Below, in pieces: positions 1-12,265 of a stretch of 64,000 nucleotides of DNA. The position numbers and the translations under genes were made by a program. Each line of letters opens with the position of its first letter. The first letter of the stretch is position 1. The notes beneath the pieces were generated by a model that saw only the letters and a list, made by a program, of their open reading frames with translations, did no database searches and had not been told where the DNA came from. This DNA is from the human T2T-CHM13v2.0 reference genome, Homo sapiens: assembly GCF_009914755.1 (NCBI RefSeq), contig NC_060926.1. The stretch is one strand, 5' to 3'.

Positions 1-59
1 ATGGACACATTTTTCTCTACCTCAGATTCTCTTTCTCATTTATATCCCATCAGAAATGG

Positions 60-830
60 CAGTAAGTTGCTGAAGTAAACTTGTGTTCATTTTTTATTCT
101 TCCTTCTTTTTTACCCACCATGCCAAATGGTCATCGAGTTCTGTCAACTCTACATTCTAAGGTTAGGTTTTTAAATACATCTCCTCCCCTTTTTCTTCTT
201 GTGAGCTTCTTAGCCTAGACCTATATTCTCTGTCACCTGCACTAGTTTCTGCAGGTGAGTTAGAATCATGGCCTCCTTAATGATCTTTCTGTTGTCTATC
301 TCTCCCTCTAGCCATTCATTCTCCACATTTCTTCCAGAGTAATTCTGCAGAAATGCAATTAGGATCTTGTCACTCCCCAGATTTAAATCCTTAAATGGTT
401 CTTAATCACAATGTAGCTAAAATCCAAACCACTCAGCAGGGCAAAAACAACAACAACAAAAAACAAACAACACCACCAACAACATTCACGCTTTATTCTC
501 CCAAGTCCACCAATTATACACATGTTGACCACTTCCCTTCCCCACCCCCATTGCTGATTCTTTGTCTTATATTTTGCCTTTTGTCTTGTTGTCTTTCCGT
601 CCATTTTCTTCCCGGTGAAATCCTCCTCTTCCACTCAGATACAACTCATGAATTTCCTTCTTTAAGAAACCTTTCTTGTGGGTAACTCTTATTTTGGCTG
701 TTTCATGATCTTGTGCACATGCCCCAATCATAGCACCAGACAGACAGTCTTGTGACCATCTGTTTACCCACCCGTTTTTCCCATTAAGCAGAGATCTTAA
801 CATTTTTTCAGATGTGACACATTTCACAGA
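60..830 (+). mobile_element. L2 (LINE2) 3'-region relic, highly diverged
   Basis: L2-like motifs such as ccattcattctccaca...gatcttgtcactcccc...aaatccttaaatgg; pyrimidine-rich; boundaries approximate. Confidence 0.55.
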
Positions 831-1009
831 TGACATTCAATAGTGCAACACATTTCCACCAGTATTCCCAATGAGGTGGCTATAACTCCACCATTTTTTT
901 TCCAATCAAGAAAACATATTAATAGGAGTGAGAATGACAGATGATAATGACCTTGGATCTGTCCATGCACACATACATGTGAATTTATTTGTATTTGGAA
1001 AATCATTTA

Positions 1010-1270
1010 GCACTCTCATTCCAAAGTCAGACTGCCCAGGTTTCAATTCTGGGTTTATCATTTATTGCCCAAAGCCTCTAATGTATTATTTAACCCCTAT
1101 AAGCCCAGTTTCTTTCTCTATAAAACAAGTATTATAATAAAATTTAATAAGAATTAAAAGGACTCTTGAGAGGATATGAAAAATGTTTTTTTAAAAAAAA
1201 CCTAATTCACGTGACTCACTTAGTGGTGGGAATATGAAGTGTTCCCAGTAAATTTTAGCTATTATTATTA
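1010..1270 (+). mobile_element. MIR SINE
   Basis: aagtcagactgcccaggtttcaattctgg...cccagtttctttctctataaaa core and taaattttagctattattatt 3' end. Confidence 0.65.
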
Positions 1271-2177
1271 CTACTGTTTCATATAGATGGGTCAATTTCT
1301 TCTTCAGTGGATCATAGTAATTCACTTTTATTTTCCTGCTACAGAATCTGACTTCACGTGAGTACATTTGTGAAGAGACAGAAATGATTATCCTTGAGGC
1401 TTCTGTTACTCATGAAATTGGAGAAATAATGCCCATGACATTGGACAAAATATAAAAATAACACTATTTGAGATAATCAAATACATAAGGCTTGTGCAAT
1501 AGGCATCCTAATGTTCCTTCCTTTCCCCCAGCGAAACCTGCAAGCCAGAGGTAAAAATGAGGGCAAAGCTCTTCAAATCTTTGGAAGCAGAACGGTGTTC
1601 TGAGACGACAATGAGATTAGCTTTGCTCAGTTATACAAAGAGAAAAACACTTTACCAGGAGAGCCTCAATCAACCTGAACAATGAAGAGAAAGAAACAAG
1701 CCTGGTGATTGGAAAGGAAGTTCTTTAAGTGTGAATTGCTCCGAGTACAATATAAACCTTGTCAGTTATGGGATTCCAGCTGTTGTTTTATTGCCTTTAA
1801 TTTCCCATTAGTGGTTCAATGTCTGGGAAAGGTATCCGGCCTCCAGGAGGGGAACTAAGGTCTAAGGTCGGAATTGTTGTTCCTGTCTCTGCCAACATTT
1901 TGAATAGTGTTTAAACAAAGCCATTCAAATGATTATCTTATGCCTAATTCTTATAAGGAGTGTTTGTGACTAAAATAAGCTCTTCAGGTGCCCTTTCTTC
2001 CTCTCCTATGTCTCTTCCTCTACTCTTCTTCTACCCTCACCAAAAAATGAGATGCTGAAATAATGCAAAAAAGTTATTATAATATATAGTCTTATAGTCG
2101 TAGCTATTCCTTGCCTGGGGTGGGGTGGGGGGGTGTTGTGGGGAGATGGAGTGTGTGGCATTGGAGGATGGGCTTTT

Positions 2178-2393
2178 CTTTTCTTTTTTTTTTTTTTGAG
2201 ACAGAGTCTTGCTCTGTTGCCAGGCTAGAGTGCAGTGGCAGGTTCTCGGCTCGCTGCAACCTCCACCTGCCTCCCAGTTTCAAGCAATTCTCCTGCCTCA
2301 GCCTCCCAAGTAACTGGGACTACAGGCGCGTCACCACGTCCAGCTCATTCTTATATTTTTAGTAGAGACAGGGTTTCACCATGTTGGCCAGGA
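2178..2393 (-). mobile_element. AluS, 5'-truncated, with target-site duplication (TSD)
   Basis: T-tract then gagacagagtcttgctctgttgccaggc...tgttggccagga; TSD ggaggatgggctttt (2163-2177) / ggagggtgggctttc (2394-2408). Confidence 0.92.
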
Positions 2394-2674
2394 GGAGGGT
2401 GGGCTTTCTTATCTCATCTTACCTTTCCTGCTCCATGGAGTAAACATCTTCCAAGTGTGTAATGTCAAAAGGGAGGTGTTTCAGTTGCGTATACTTTGAT
2501 TCTGCCCCTTACCCAGCAGATTGCTAGGGAGTATCTAGCTGGTGGAATTAAGTTATGTGTACTGCCACAGTAAAGTAAGATTCATTTCTTGATCATTATG
2601 AAATCTATTGGTGTCCATGCTTCATTCTAGCTGTAGACTGAGGCTTGAGGGGAACAAGCATTTAAACTAAGATA

Positions 2675-2955
2675 GGGCTGGGCCCAATAGCTTACTCCTG
2701 TAATGCCAACACTTTGGGAGGCTGAGGTGAGAGGACTGAGGCCAAGAGCTTGAGACAAGCCTGGGCAACATACTGAAACCCTGATTCTACCAAATTTTTT
2801 TTTTTTTAAGTTAGCTGGACGTGGTGGTGAGTGCCTGTAGTCGCAGCTACTAGGGAGGCTAGAATGGATAGTTTGAGCCCAGGAGTTCAAGGCTGCAGTG
2901 AGCCGTGATCACAACAATAGAGCAAGACCCTGTCTCTAAATAAATGAATGAATAA
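2675..2955 (+). mobile_element. AluJ
   Basis: ggctgggcccaatagcttactcctgtaat...gagcccaggagttcaaggctgcagtgagcc...gaccctgtctc; TSD taaactaaga on both sides. Confidence 0.9.
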
Positions 2956-2999
2956 ACTAAGAAATAATTGATAGATATTTTTGGACTATAGTTAAATAT

Positions 3000-3150
3000 G
3001 TTTAGTTTATATCATCACACTTATTCTCACAGTATTCAAGTGAGGTATATAATAGTATTATTTCCATTTTGAGACCAGGATTTAAAGATTCTGAGAAGTG
3101 GAGACCTATAGGCGTTAAGTAGAAGGGATGAAACTCAAACTCATATTTCA
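3000..3150 (-). mobile_element. MIR fragment
   Basis: ttattctcacagtattcaagtgaggtatataatagtattatttccatttt resembles the antisense MIR core. Confidence 0.5.
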
Positions 3151-4093
3151 TTAAATAAAAATTCCTTACTCTTCTATCTGTCCAACTTTCCCAAAAGAGA
3201 AAGGTAGAATTTCTTCTCTCTTCTGAACCTGAGAGTTTGCATTGCTGAGAAACTTTAGGTAGTAAGAGGGAGAGCTACTCCCTGTCACTGATTTAAAGGG
3301 GGCTGGGTCTTCAGATCTGAATTTGCCACTACTTAGTTTATGCATCCAGATACAGTCATCTATTGAGTCTTGAAGGGCTAAGTACAAACTTATTAATTGT
3401 ACCTCCCATCAAATACACTGAGATTTCTACAGAAAAGATCGAAAAGACTCTCTTTTTTGTATGTCTGATTTTCACATCTTTCTATCGGGTTCCAGGGGGT
3501 CAGGTAATGAAATGCAGGTGTATTCCTCTGACAGCCAGAATGGGAAGGTTACAAATATTCGGTCAGAGTATTGAGCACTTGTAACTGGTAGCCTTGTAAT
3601 AGCAGCATTCTTATTATTCCAAACCCTGGAGTCAGGATTTCCTGGTCCTGAACTCTAATATGAGCCATATTTTTCCTGTTTAGCCACAGACACAATGGTC
3701 ACCTTAACATGCCCAAGGGTTAAATCAATTGCAATAGGATGATAAAACATATACAAAAAAACACACACTAGCAGTTAATACCTAAAAGGCCAATTGAATT
3801 CAATGAGAATTTTTATTGAAATCTGTGGCTGAAGAGCAATCACTTAGCTTCTGTTCATGGCTTATGTTTGAGAGAAGCAATCACAATTATTAGTTGAGGC
3901 ATATTGTTTTCTATTAAGCAATACATGAATATTGTTGATCCTGTCTATACTACTAGGCCCTACTTAACTCTACATATTTCAACTCTTTCCAGTTAAGGGA
4001 TGGGTTATTATGGTGTTTTGTTTTTAATCTTATAATTTATACAAGATTAAACATGACATTTCCATTACAAACCCATTCCCCAGCTGGCTTAAA

Positions 4094-4191
4094 ATGTATA
4101 TATATACACATATATGCATATATGTGTATATATAATGCATATGTGTATATATATACACATATATGCATATATGTGTATATATATACACACA
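4094..4191. repeat. Alternating purine-pyrimidine (TA/CA/TG) microsatellite containing two perfect palindromes
   Basis: Read directly; palindromes at 4099-4134 and 4142-4189. Confidence 0.95.
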
Positions 4192-5579
4192 AAAAATATT
4201 GCATTTTGGCAATACTTTTCCCATACCATTACATAGCAGATATCAAAAGTCAAAATACTGCAGTTTTTCAGAGATGACTGTCACGTATGCTCCCTGAGCA
4301 GGGTTGAGGCAGATGGCGGTGCAGAAGGGGTGGGAGACCTTGCCTCCCATGTTCTCAAAATGCAGAGGAAAGCAGGCCTTACTCTGCCAAAACCGTGTGA
4401 TGTTTGGCCCCAAATAAAGTTGGACCTTGTCCTCTGTTTCTCCGTCTTTTCCCCACCTTCTGTATAGAGACCATTGCCTATCTTAGTTACCATTCTGCTG
4501 TGCAAATTCTGCCAATATTGGCATGTGTATGTGGCCCAAAGTGGAGAATCGAGACCCAGAAGGAAGCACGCCAGTCACTCTCTCTCTCTGCAAGCCAGAG
4601 CAGAGGTCACTGAGAGCACCTCAGGTATAAAGTTATCCCCAAGATGGAAATTCTGAAATTCCCTTCGTTAAGAACTTTTTGCTGATTCATGATTTGAGAA
4701 TTTTTCTCTTTATGTCTAACTACTAGTCACGTCCCCATGATATGTAATTATTGATTTTATAAAAATTAACTCAGTCATCCAAGTGGTTGGCTCTTGTGCC
4801 AATCATATTGAGAGGCAGAATTTTAGTCATTAGGGACATGAGAAAACTTCCATTATCAACTCTAAACATTGATTTGATTAAAATTAAGCCTTCTGTCTTA
4901 ATTACAGTCATTGATACTTTCATACCTATAATTATGGAAGAGTATATCATGGAAGCAAATTTCATAGTCATCCTTACAATAGAAATATGAATAGAAACTT
5001 TATAAATGTTTTAGTGGCATTCTCCTTGCAGCAGCTAGTAGCCTCTATTTTGACTTTTTGTTGATTTTATGATTTTGCTTCTTTTGAAGTACTCCAAGGA
5101 TATAAGGAAAAGTGGTAATTTGATATTTTTCTACTTTATTCTGTCATTTTAGAAAGCAAATTTGAGTAAGATATGCAGGTTTCTTATCCCTTTGACCAAA
5201 ATTACGGAGGAATGGAGAAGTGAAAAATGACCATAGCCCTCTCCTGGCAAGATTTTGAAGTGGTTGGAAAGTACCTGCCTCTGTGCTTTTCCTCACTGAG
5301 CCCCTTTTTCTTCTAGTTTCTTTGTCTCTCTCTCCCTCAGTGATGTTATGCTTATTATGTCTTTGTCCCTGCCAACACTTGCTCTTCAGATGTGTCCGCA
5401 CTGAACCGGAGTGATGCATCTTCATTCAATTTATTTTAAATCAAAGTCAATGGATCACCTCTCTTGAGAGAATTGCCTTTTATTCCTTATCTATAAATAC
5501 TAAGAGGGAAGCTTTGAAATTGTTTTAGAATGAGGAAATGAAGAGCTGTAATGAACCTTAAAAATGTCTGATACATTCT

Positions 5580-7330
5580 TATAATTCATCCATTTGTCTA
5601 CTTTTTAATTTTAGAAAAACATTTCTGAATGTCTCTGTGCTCTGGGTGCCATAGCAGGTGTTAGTAATAAATAAAATATAGTTTCTTTCTGAAAGTGACT
5701 TACCCTATCAATCTAGTAAATGAGGAAGTAAATAAAGTCATGTAATTGAATTCAAATTTGTAGATGCAATTATATTGCCCTTACAGAGTGCAGTACAGAT
5801 GAAAAGGAGAGGGGAATTTAGTATATCTGATGAAAGAAGTCAGACAACATTTCACAGAGAAGGTTATATTTGAGAGAGTCTTAAAGGAAAAGTATATGTT
5901 TACCAGGAAACATAGGAGAGAAGGGCATTAAAGGCAAAAAAGTTGGGAGGATAAGCGAGGAAAAGATATTCTAGAGATAGAAAAATCACAGGGACATTAG
6001 GTAATATTGCACATTCAGGGGCCTTCAAGGAGTTCAGGTAGCTAGAATATGAGATGCAGAGAAGAAACTTCAAGGGAACTGATAAATCTGGAAAGGAAGT
6101 TAGGGGCCGTGTGTGCTATGTCAGTGTTGTTTGCTCTGAATTTATTTCTGGCCTTTGTGCAACCCTAGATATATCCATTTAATGGTGACTCTTAAGGTAG
6201 ATATTTTGTGTAACAATACTCCAGACATAATGATATTCCCGTTTCCCTGGTCTAACATGGCAAGAAGCTTGAGCTTGTTTGATGGGAAAGACCTTGAAGG
6301 ATTTTAGACAGAAAAGGAACATGACCAGATGTGCTTTGTCCGCAGCAAGGAGAATAGATTGAAATAGGACAAGCCTGGGAACACATCAATGATAAATACT
6401 TGAAACATCCCACACAACAGAGTCTGAATACAGTCGGTAACAACAAGAAAGCTGCAGGAGATCTTGAGCAGATAGAATCAACTGGATTTGGTCACCAATT
6501 AAATGTGAGAGATGAAGAAGCAGTCTTGGGAAAGTCCCCAGTTTTCTGATGAGAATGCTTGCATGGTATGGCATTTCAAATAAAACCAAGTCTGTGGGAA
6601 AAGGTGAGCTAAGCTGAGGGCTTGTGGAACTGGGGATATAGGTGGGACATCCAGGGAAACTGTTTTGTAGACAGTTTACAGGGGTCTTATGTGAGGCCGT
6701 TCTTGTATTGCTGTAAAGAAATACCGTAGGCTAGGTAATTTGTAAGAAAAGAGGTTTAATTGTCTCACATTTCTGCAGGCTGTACAGGCAGCATAGCAGT
6801 CAGCATCTGCTTCTGGGGAGGACTCAGGAAGCCTCCAATCATGGCGGAAGGCAAAAGGGGAGCAGGCACATCACATGGTGAAAGCAGGAGCAAGAGAGAG
6901 ACAGGGAGGTGCCAAACATTTTTAAACAACTAGATCTCATGAGAACCCACTCGCTATTGTGAGAACATTACCAAGGGGATGACTAAGCCATTTATGAAAA
7001 ATCTACCCCCTTGATTTAATCACCTCCCCCACCCCCCACCTCCAACACTGGGAATTACAATTGAACATGCGATTTGGGTGAAGACACAGATCCAAACCAT
7101 ATCAGGTCTGGTGCTCAGAAAATGGGCTGAGTAAGGCTGGAGGTACACGTTTGAGAGTCACTAGCACCAAAGTGGCAAACCGCTCAATGGAAGTAATTAT
7201 CCAGCAAGCATTTGGAAAGAGAAAAGCATCAATGTTGAAACCCTGCTGTGTGAAGACATTTAAGAAGGGAGAAGAGTTATCACCAGAAGGGGTCAATAAA
7301 GAACAGTCAGAGATATACTAAGAGTTGAGG
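5580..7330 (-). mobile_element. L2 relic interrupted by MSTA
   Basis: Antisense L2 3' end (attcatccatttg...catttctgaatgtctctgtgctctgggtgcc) and purine-rich L2 body continuing on both sides of the LTR. Confidence 0.7.
6688..7104 (-). mobile_element. MSTA-type MaLR solo LTR
   Basis: Ends gacacagatccaaaccatatca (reverse complement TGATATGGTTTGGATCTGTGTC); perfect 5-bp TSD ggtct at 6683-6687 and 7105-7109. Confidence 0.9.
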
Positions 7331-7539
7331 GTAGGGATAGGAGTTATAGAAAATAATATAAGAACCATAAGCTATAAAACCATTAAATCAGAGTTTTAAT
7401 GACACAGAGAAATGCTTACTTGAAAATAAAGAAAAGGAAAGGAGGGAAGAAAAAGAGGGGAGGGGAGAGAGAAAGAGAAGAAGCACAGTAAAAAGGCTTT
7501 CTTCTTTGTTGACTTTTTTCACTAAAAATACAGATTAGA

Positions 7540-7880
7540 CTCTTAGGCTAATGTGGCAGTGATAGGAAAAGCCTGCATGAACAAGAAGAGAGAGATGACA
7601 AGGGACATTTTCACACCTGAGTTTGGAATTTGATGTGCGTGAAAGAGGGTGTCAAAAGATGAAGTCGGCATCTAGGCGGTGCCAAGGAGCTTCAACTTTA
7701 TCTCAAAGGAAACATCAAAGCATTTTAAGCAGGGCAGAGATAAATCCAGGGTTTTGCTTTAGAAAGAACATTCTGACAGCTATGCAGAGGAAGGCTGGAC
7801 CAGAGCAGGCCTACAAAAGGAGATTAGTCAAGAGGTTGGTGAAATCCCAGCCAGGGAAGATGAGACCCTTCATGAGGGTA
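7540..7880 (-). mobile_element. L2 fragment
   Basis: ttttaagcagggcagagataaatccagggttttgctttagaaagaacattctgacagct is L2-like. Confidence 0.55.
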
Positions 7881-8328
7881 TGCCAAGTGGGCACCAACCC
7901 CATGACTGCTTGGAGATTTTCTTATCTGTCTTTGATAGAGTGTGGCTTGTTGGTCCATCCTGGGGGTCCTAATAATAGCCAGCAGTAGGAGCAACAAACC
8001 AATTGCCCAGCTTGCTCAGAAGGCAGATACTAAGCGTTGCTGCTACTTTGTATGACCATTCTTGGCTTTCAACAGAACAGTGTTTCTACTCTCCCCTTCA
8101 CCATGCTGCAGCTCTAGTCTGGAAGAAGGATTGTGATTTCAGCACAACACAATTGCTCAGCTCAGCTCTAGAGGTGCATTTGCATCTGAGCTCTATGAAT
8201 GGTACCCACCAAAGGCTTGCAGTATGCAGCTTTTAGCCTTTGAAGGGATTTTCCACCTTTTCTGCCATCCCTCACATAGAAGAATTACTAACAGTAATCC
8301 TGCAATCTTCTTGACCTATATTTTAAAG

Positions 8329-8575
8329 CTGTGGTTCTCAACCAGAGGCAATTTTGCTGGCCCAGGGGACAATTGACAATGTCTGCAGACATTTTGGTTG
8401 TCACAACTGGGAAGAAAGATGCCAGTAGATTGTTACTGGCATCTAGTGGGTACAGGCCAGGGATGTTGCAAAATATTCTACAAGGCACTGGACAGTTGCC
8501 TCACCTGCCCCAGCCCCCTACAAGAAAGAATTATCTGGTTCTAAATGCCAACAGTGTCAAGGTTGAGAAACTGTA
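8329..8575 (+). mobile_element. MER20 (hAT-Charlie non-autonomous DNA transposon)
   Basis: ctgtggttctcaacc...gacattttggttgtcacaactggg...ctggcatctagtgggt...aagaattatctgg...ggttgagaaac; degenerate 8-bp TSD ttttaaag/ttctaaaa. Confidence 0.9.
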
Positions 8576-9969
8576 TTCTAAAAAGCTGGAACACTGTTTT
8601 CTTCAGAACATTTTATTTCATCGCTTATCACAAAAATGTATTTGTCAGGTTATCTCTTTCCAGCCATCTTGTATCTACTGCAAAGTGAAATGAAGGGTTG
8701 AATAAGTTGTCTGGCTAGGTTAAACCAAAAATTTAAAAAGAATTTTACTCATTTATTAAGTATTACTCTAATTATTTTTTTAAAAAACATTAATGGTTCA
8801 AAGTGTGCCTAAAGGTGCTAAAATTCTCCACTGTAGTTTCAGCTTTGGACCGTGAATTGATTGAGAAAACAAAAGTTGAAACATGCAGATAGGTTATCTT
8901 ACAAGATTTTGGTCAAAAATATTAGTATTTTCAAGTACCTGTAAGCTTTTCCTACATATACTTAAACTCTGGTAAATCAGAGAAGATACCATCCTCTCTC
9001 ACCCACTCCACTGAAATAGGATCCAAAAAAACAAATGCCCCAAACTTCAAGTTTGTACATTGAGATTTAGTCAACAGGTATAGGGCATTGACCCTCTTGA
9101 GAAATAGCCATCATCTAGCAGCTTCTCTCTAGAATATTAGCTTCATTTTCTTTTATTTTACTCAGAAAAGAGATTGTATTCATGTTATAATCCTCTCTTC
9201 CGGGATATTTCGAGGAAAGAACACATTCTGGCAGAATGCAATAGATCTATGCCTCTATAAGGCAGAAGACAATTCACACATCCCACAATTACTAAAAATG
9301 TATTAGGCTTATATTAGAAAGATAATCTGTCTTCTTAGCAAAGTTTCACTTAGTTTTTGCCACATTCTGACTTCCACTTTTTTCTAGCCATTATATATGA
9401 TGTTAAAAAAAATTCAAACAGAATGCTGTATTTATCATAAACTAAAAATAAAACATATGTCATCAGGGCAGGTATTTAAGCATTCAACAACTCAAGTGAA
9501 TGGTTAAAAAAAAAGTGTTCTCTGGAAGGATTATTTTATACTGTAATAAGTGAACTCCTTAGGATTAGCATGGGGACCAGTGAATTGCACAGGAACCTCA
9601 GAAAGGTAGTCTGGGGTGGAGTCAGAGCCCACTGTGTTCTTCCTCTTGGCAGCATGCTGATCAGGACCTTTGTCTAAATTGAATCTGAAATTGCTTTTCA
9701 ATGTCATCTTGGAATTTCTAGAAGGGCACTCTGGCACCATATGTTCCCTTCTGACTTTGAGTAGGATTACCATGAGAGGCAAAGTCCTAAAATGTACCGA
9801 AAGTCATTTTTTTATGGTTAAAATATTTTCAAATAAAATAAAAATCCAATATGATTGTAGAGAAACCTGTTGCTGTTGTTTGTTTTGGAACACACTTCTA
9901 ATCTTTGGTTATATGACTTCAAAATAAAAGGAGTCTGGCAGTTTAGACAATAGTTTGTATTATTACATA

Positions 9970-10170
9970 CCCTCTACTCTGAGCTTCTTTAATAATCCAT
10001 GCATATCTCTGCCACTGCATTTATCATATTAAATTTGAATTATCCCTTTATGTGGCTGTCTCCTTCATTAGAGTGGAAGAATTCAAGATAAGGACTATGT
10101 ATTTGTCCATGTGTCATACCCAATGCCTAGTCCAATTACAAAAATAAATGCACAGATAGGTGGATGGAAT
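9970..10170 (+). mobile_element. L2 3' end
   Basis: tgtctccttcattagagtggaagaattcaagataaggactatgt...cccaatgcctag...aataaatg. Confidence 0.55.
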
Positions 10171-10516
10171 GGAATTGGGCACTGAGAGATAGCATTGAGA
10201 ATAGGTTGGAGGTGGCATTAATTTGGGCTCAGGGATAGCTGGAGCATATACTATTAATGAATTTTCAGGGAAAAGTCAAAGCATCAGGGTAAAATATATT
10301 TAGAAAATGCTGGGTTTGTTTTTTATAAACAGAAAGAGAGTTTATCATTTGTCTATATGCATTGTAAAATTTTGAAAAGAAATAGAGCATATAACGTTTC
10401 AGAAATTTATTTGACCACATCACACCCATTAACTATTTCAGAAATGGTATTCAGCGAAACATCATTTGGAGAGTGTTGGCTTATATCCAGAGGCCTTCTT
10501 CAGTGAACCATCTTTA

Positions 10517-10703
10517 TTTTATTTTATTAATGTTATTATTATTATTACTGTTTTTAGAGACAGGGTCTCGCTCTGTTGCCCAGGCTGGAGTGTGTTGGTG
10601 TGATCATAGCTCACTGCAACCTCGACTTCCTGGCCTCAAGTGAGCCTCCCTCTTTGGTCTCCCAAAGTGCTGGTGTTATAGGCATAAGCCACCATGCCTG
10701 GCC
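10517..10703 (-). mobile_element. FRAM-like free Alu monomer
   Basis: Single ~160-bp monomer with (TTA)-rich tail; TSD cagtgaaccatcttta / cactgcaccatcttta. Confidence 0.85.
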
Positions 10704-10832
10704 CACTGCACCATCTTTAAAAGAAAGTCCAGAGCTATTGGTGAGAAAAAAAAGGAAGAAAATAGGAACTTGAAAGGTTAGGTTCTGGAAACTTAATTCT
10801 CTGAGTGAGTAGTGTGGGTTTGTGGAAAAGGT

Positions 10833-10897
10833 AAATTATTATTAGAAATTATTGGAAATTAGAATATTATTATAGAATTATTAGAAATTATTAGAAA
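10833..10897. repeat. AT-rich degenerate tandem repeat (aattattagaa-like)
   Basis: aaattattattagaaattattggaaattagaatattattatagaattattagaaattattagaa. Confidence 0.7.
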
Positions 10898-11079
10898 ACT
10901 ATGAGTTGGGTAAGTGCCAAGCTTCAGGGGGGGAAAAAATACAAAAAAACCCTAGAGATTTAAAGAAGTAGGGTTCCTAAGTCAAACTAGTGACAAGATA
11001 CCCAATTGTACTTGTTTTTAATACATTTTTAACCCTTCATAGTTATATATGAAAGTGGCTTTAACTACTGTTTTTCTTG

Positions 11080-11430
11080 CCTAATCAATGACCTTCAAAC
11101 CACTACCTCAATGTTATCATCTCTTAAGACTCTGTCTCTCTCTTCCAACTTTAGCCACAGGAAATCATTGCTGTCCTTCAAACACGCTGATCACACTCTG
11201 GCCTCAGAGTCCTTGTGTCATTTTTTTTTTTTTCCCTATGTCTGAAAAACAGTTCCCTAAATACAACTTCTTATTCTGCTCTCCCAAAGGGCACTCCCTC
11301 AAAGATTCCTTCTCTATCTAAAATATCCTGCCAATACTGTCTCTTAATCTTCTTTACTTTTCTTCACAGTGCTTACTACGGCTTGAAATATTACATATAT
11401 ATGCATGGTTTGTTTTCCTTTACTGGAGTA
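11080..11430 (+). mobile_element. L2 fragment
   Basis: tttagccacagg...ccttcaaacacgc...ggcctcagagtccttg...tttcttcacagtgcttactac. Confidence 0.6.
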
Positions 11431-11723
11431 TAATGTTAATAGGGCACTGGATCAGATATTAAGGGTATAAAGACAAATAAGAGACAGTCCTTGCCTTCAT
11501 GGAGCTTCCAGGCTTAGGTGAATATAGGTCCTTCTCTGTCCTCCATTCCCTGGACACCCCAGTCCTAATGAAGATGCCTTAGAATCTGTGACAAAGTAAG
11601 AAAACCAAGAATGGTTCAGTAATACCGAATTTTGCACAAATTTGCCAAAGATGTGAGAAAATCCTAGTCATAGAACTTCTTCACAATGTGGTTGTGAATT
11701 AAACACAACTTTGTAAAAGGTGA

Positions 11724-12088
<365 letters not shown>

Positions 12089-12199
12089 TTAAGCTTGTAT
12101 TTCTGAGCTAAACTAATAAATTCGTCTTTCAAATGAACAACTTGTCTCTAGGCATAAATTGGGTACATTCAGAAACACATTAGCAATTTTAGGCTCACC

Positions 12200-12265
12200 A
12201 ACTTTTAGAATTCTAATGCTGGAAGGGACCTCAGAGATCACCTAGTACAATCCCCTCATTTTCGT
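12200..12265 (-). mobile_element. MIR/MIR3 fragment
   Basis: gctggaagggacctcagagatcacctagtacaatcccctcatttt. Confidence 0.6.

Noticed and set aside
1515-1560. Possible micro-exon (ttcctttcccccag|...gag|gtaaaa)
   Set aside because: About 19 nt, weak donor and no partner exons; indistinguishable from chance
7623-8693. Run of 77-121-aa ORFs on the + strand
   Set aside because: They overlap L2 and MER20 relics, start at non-ATG codons and resemble no protein family I recognise
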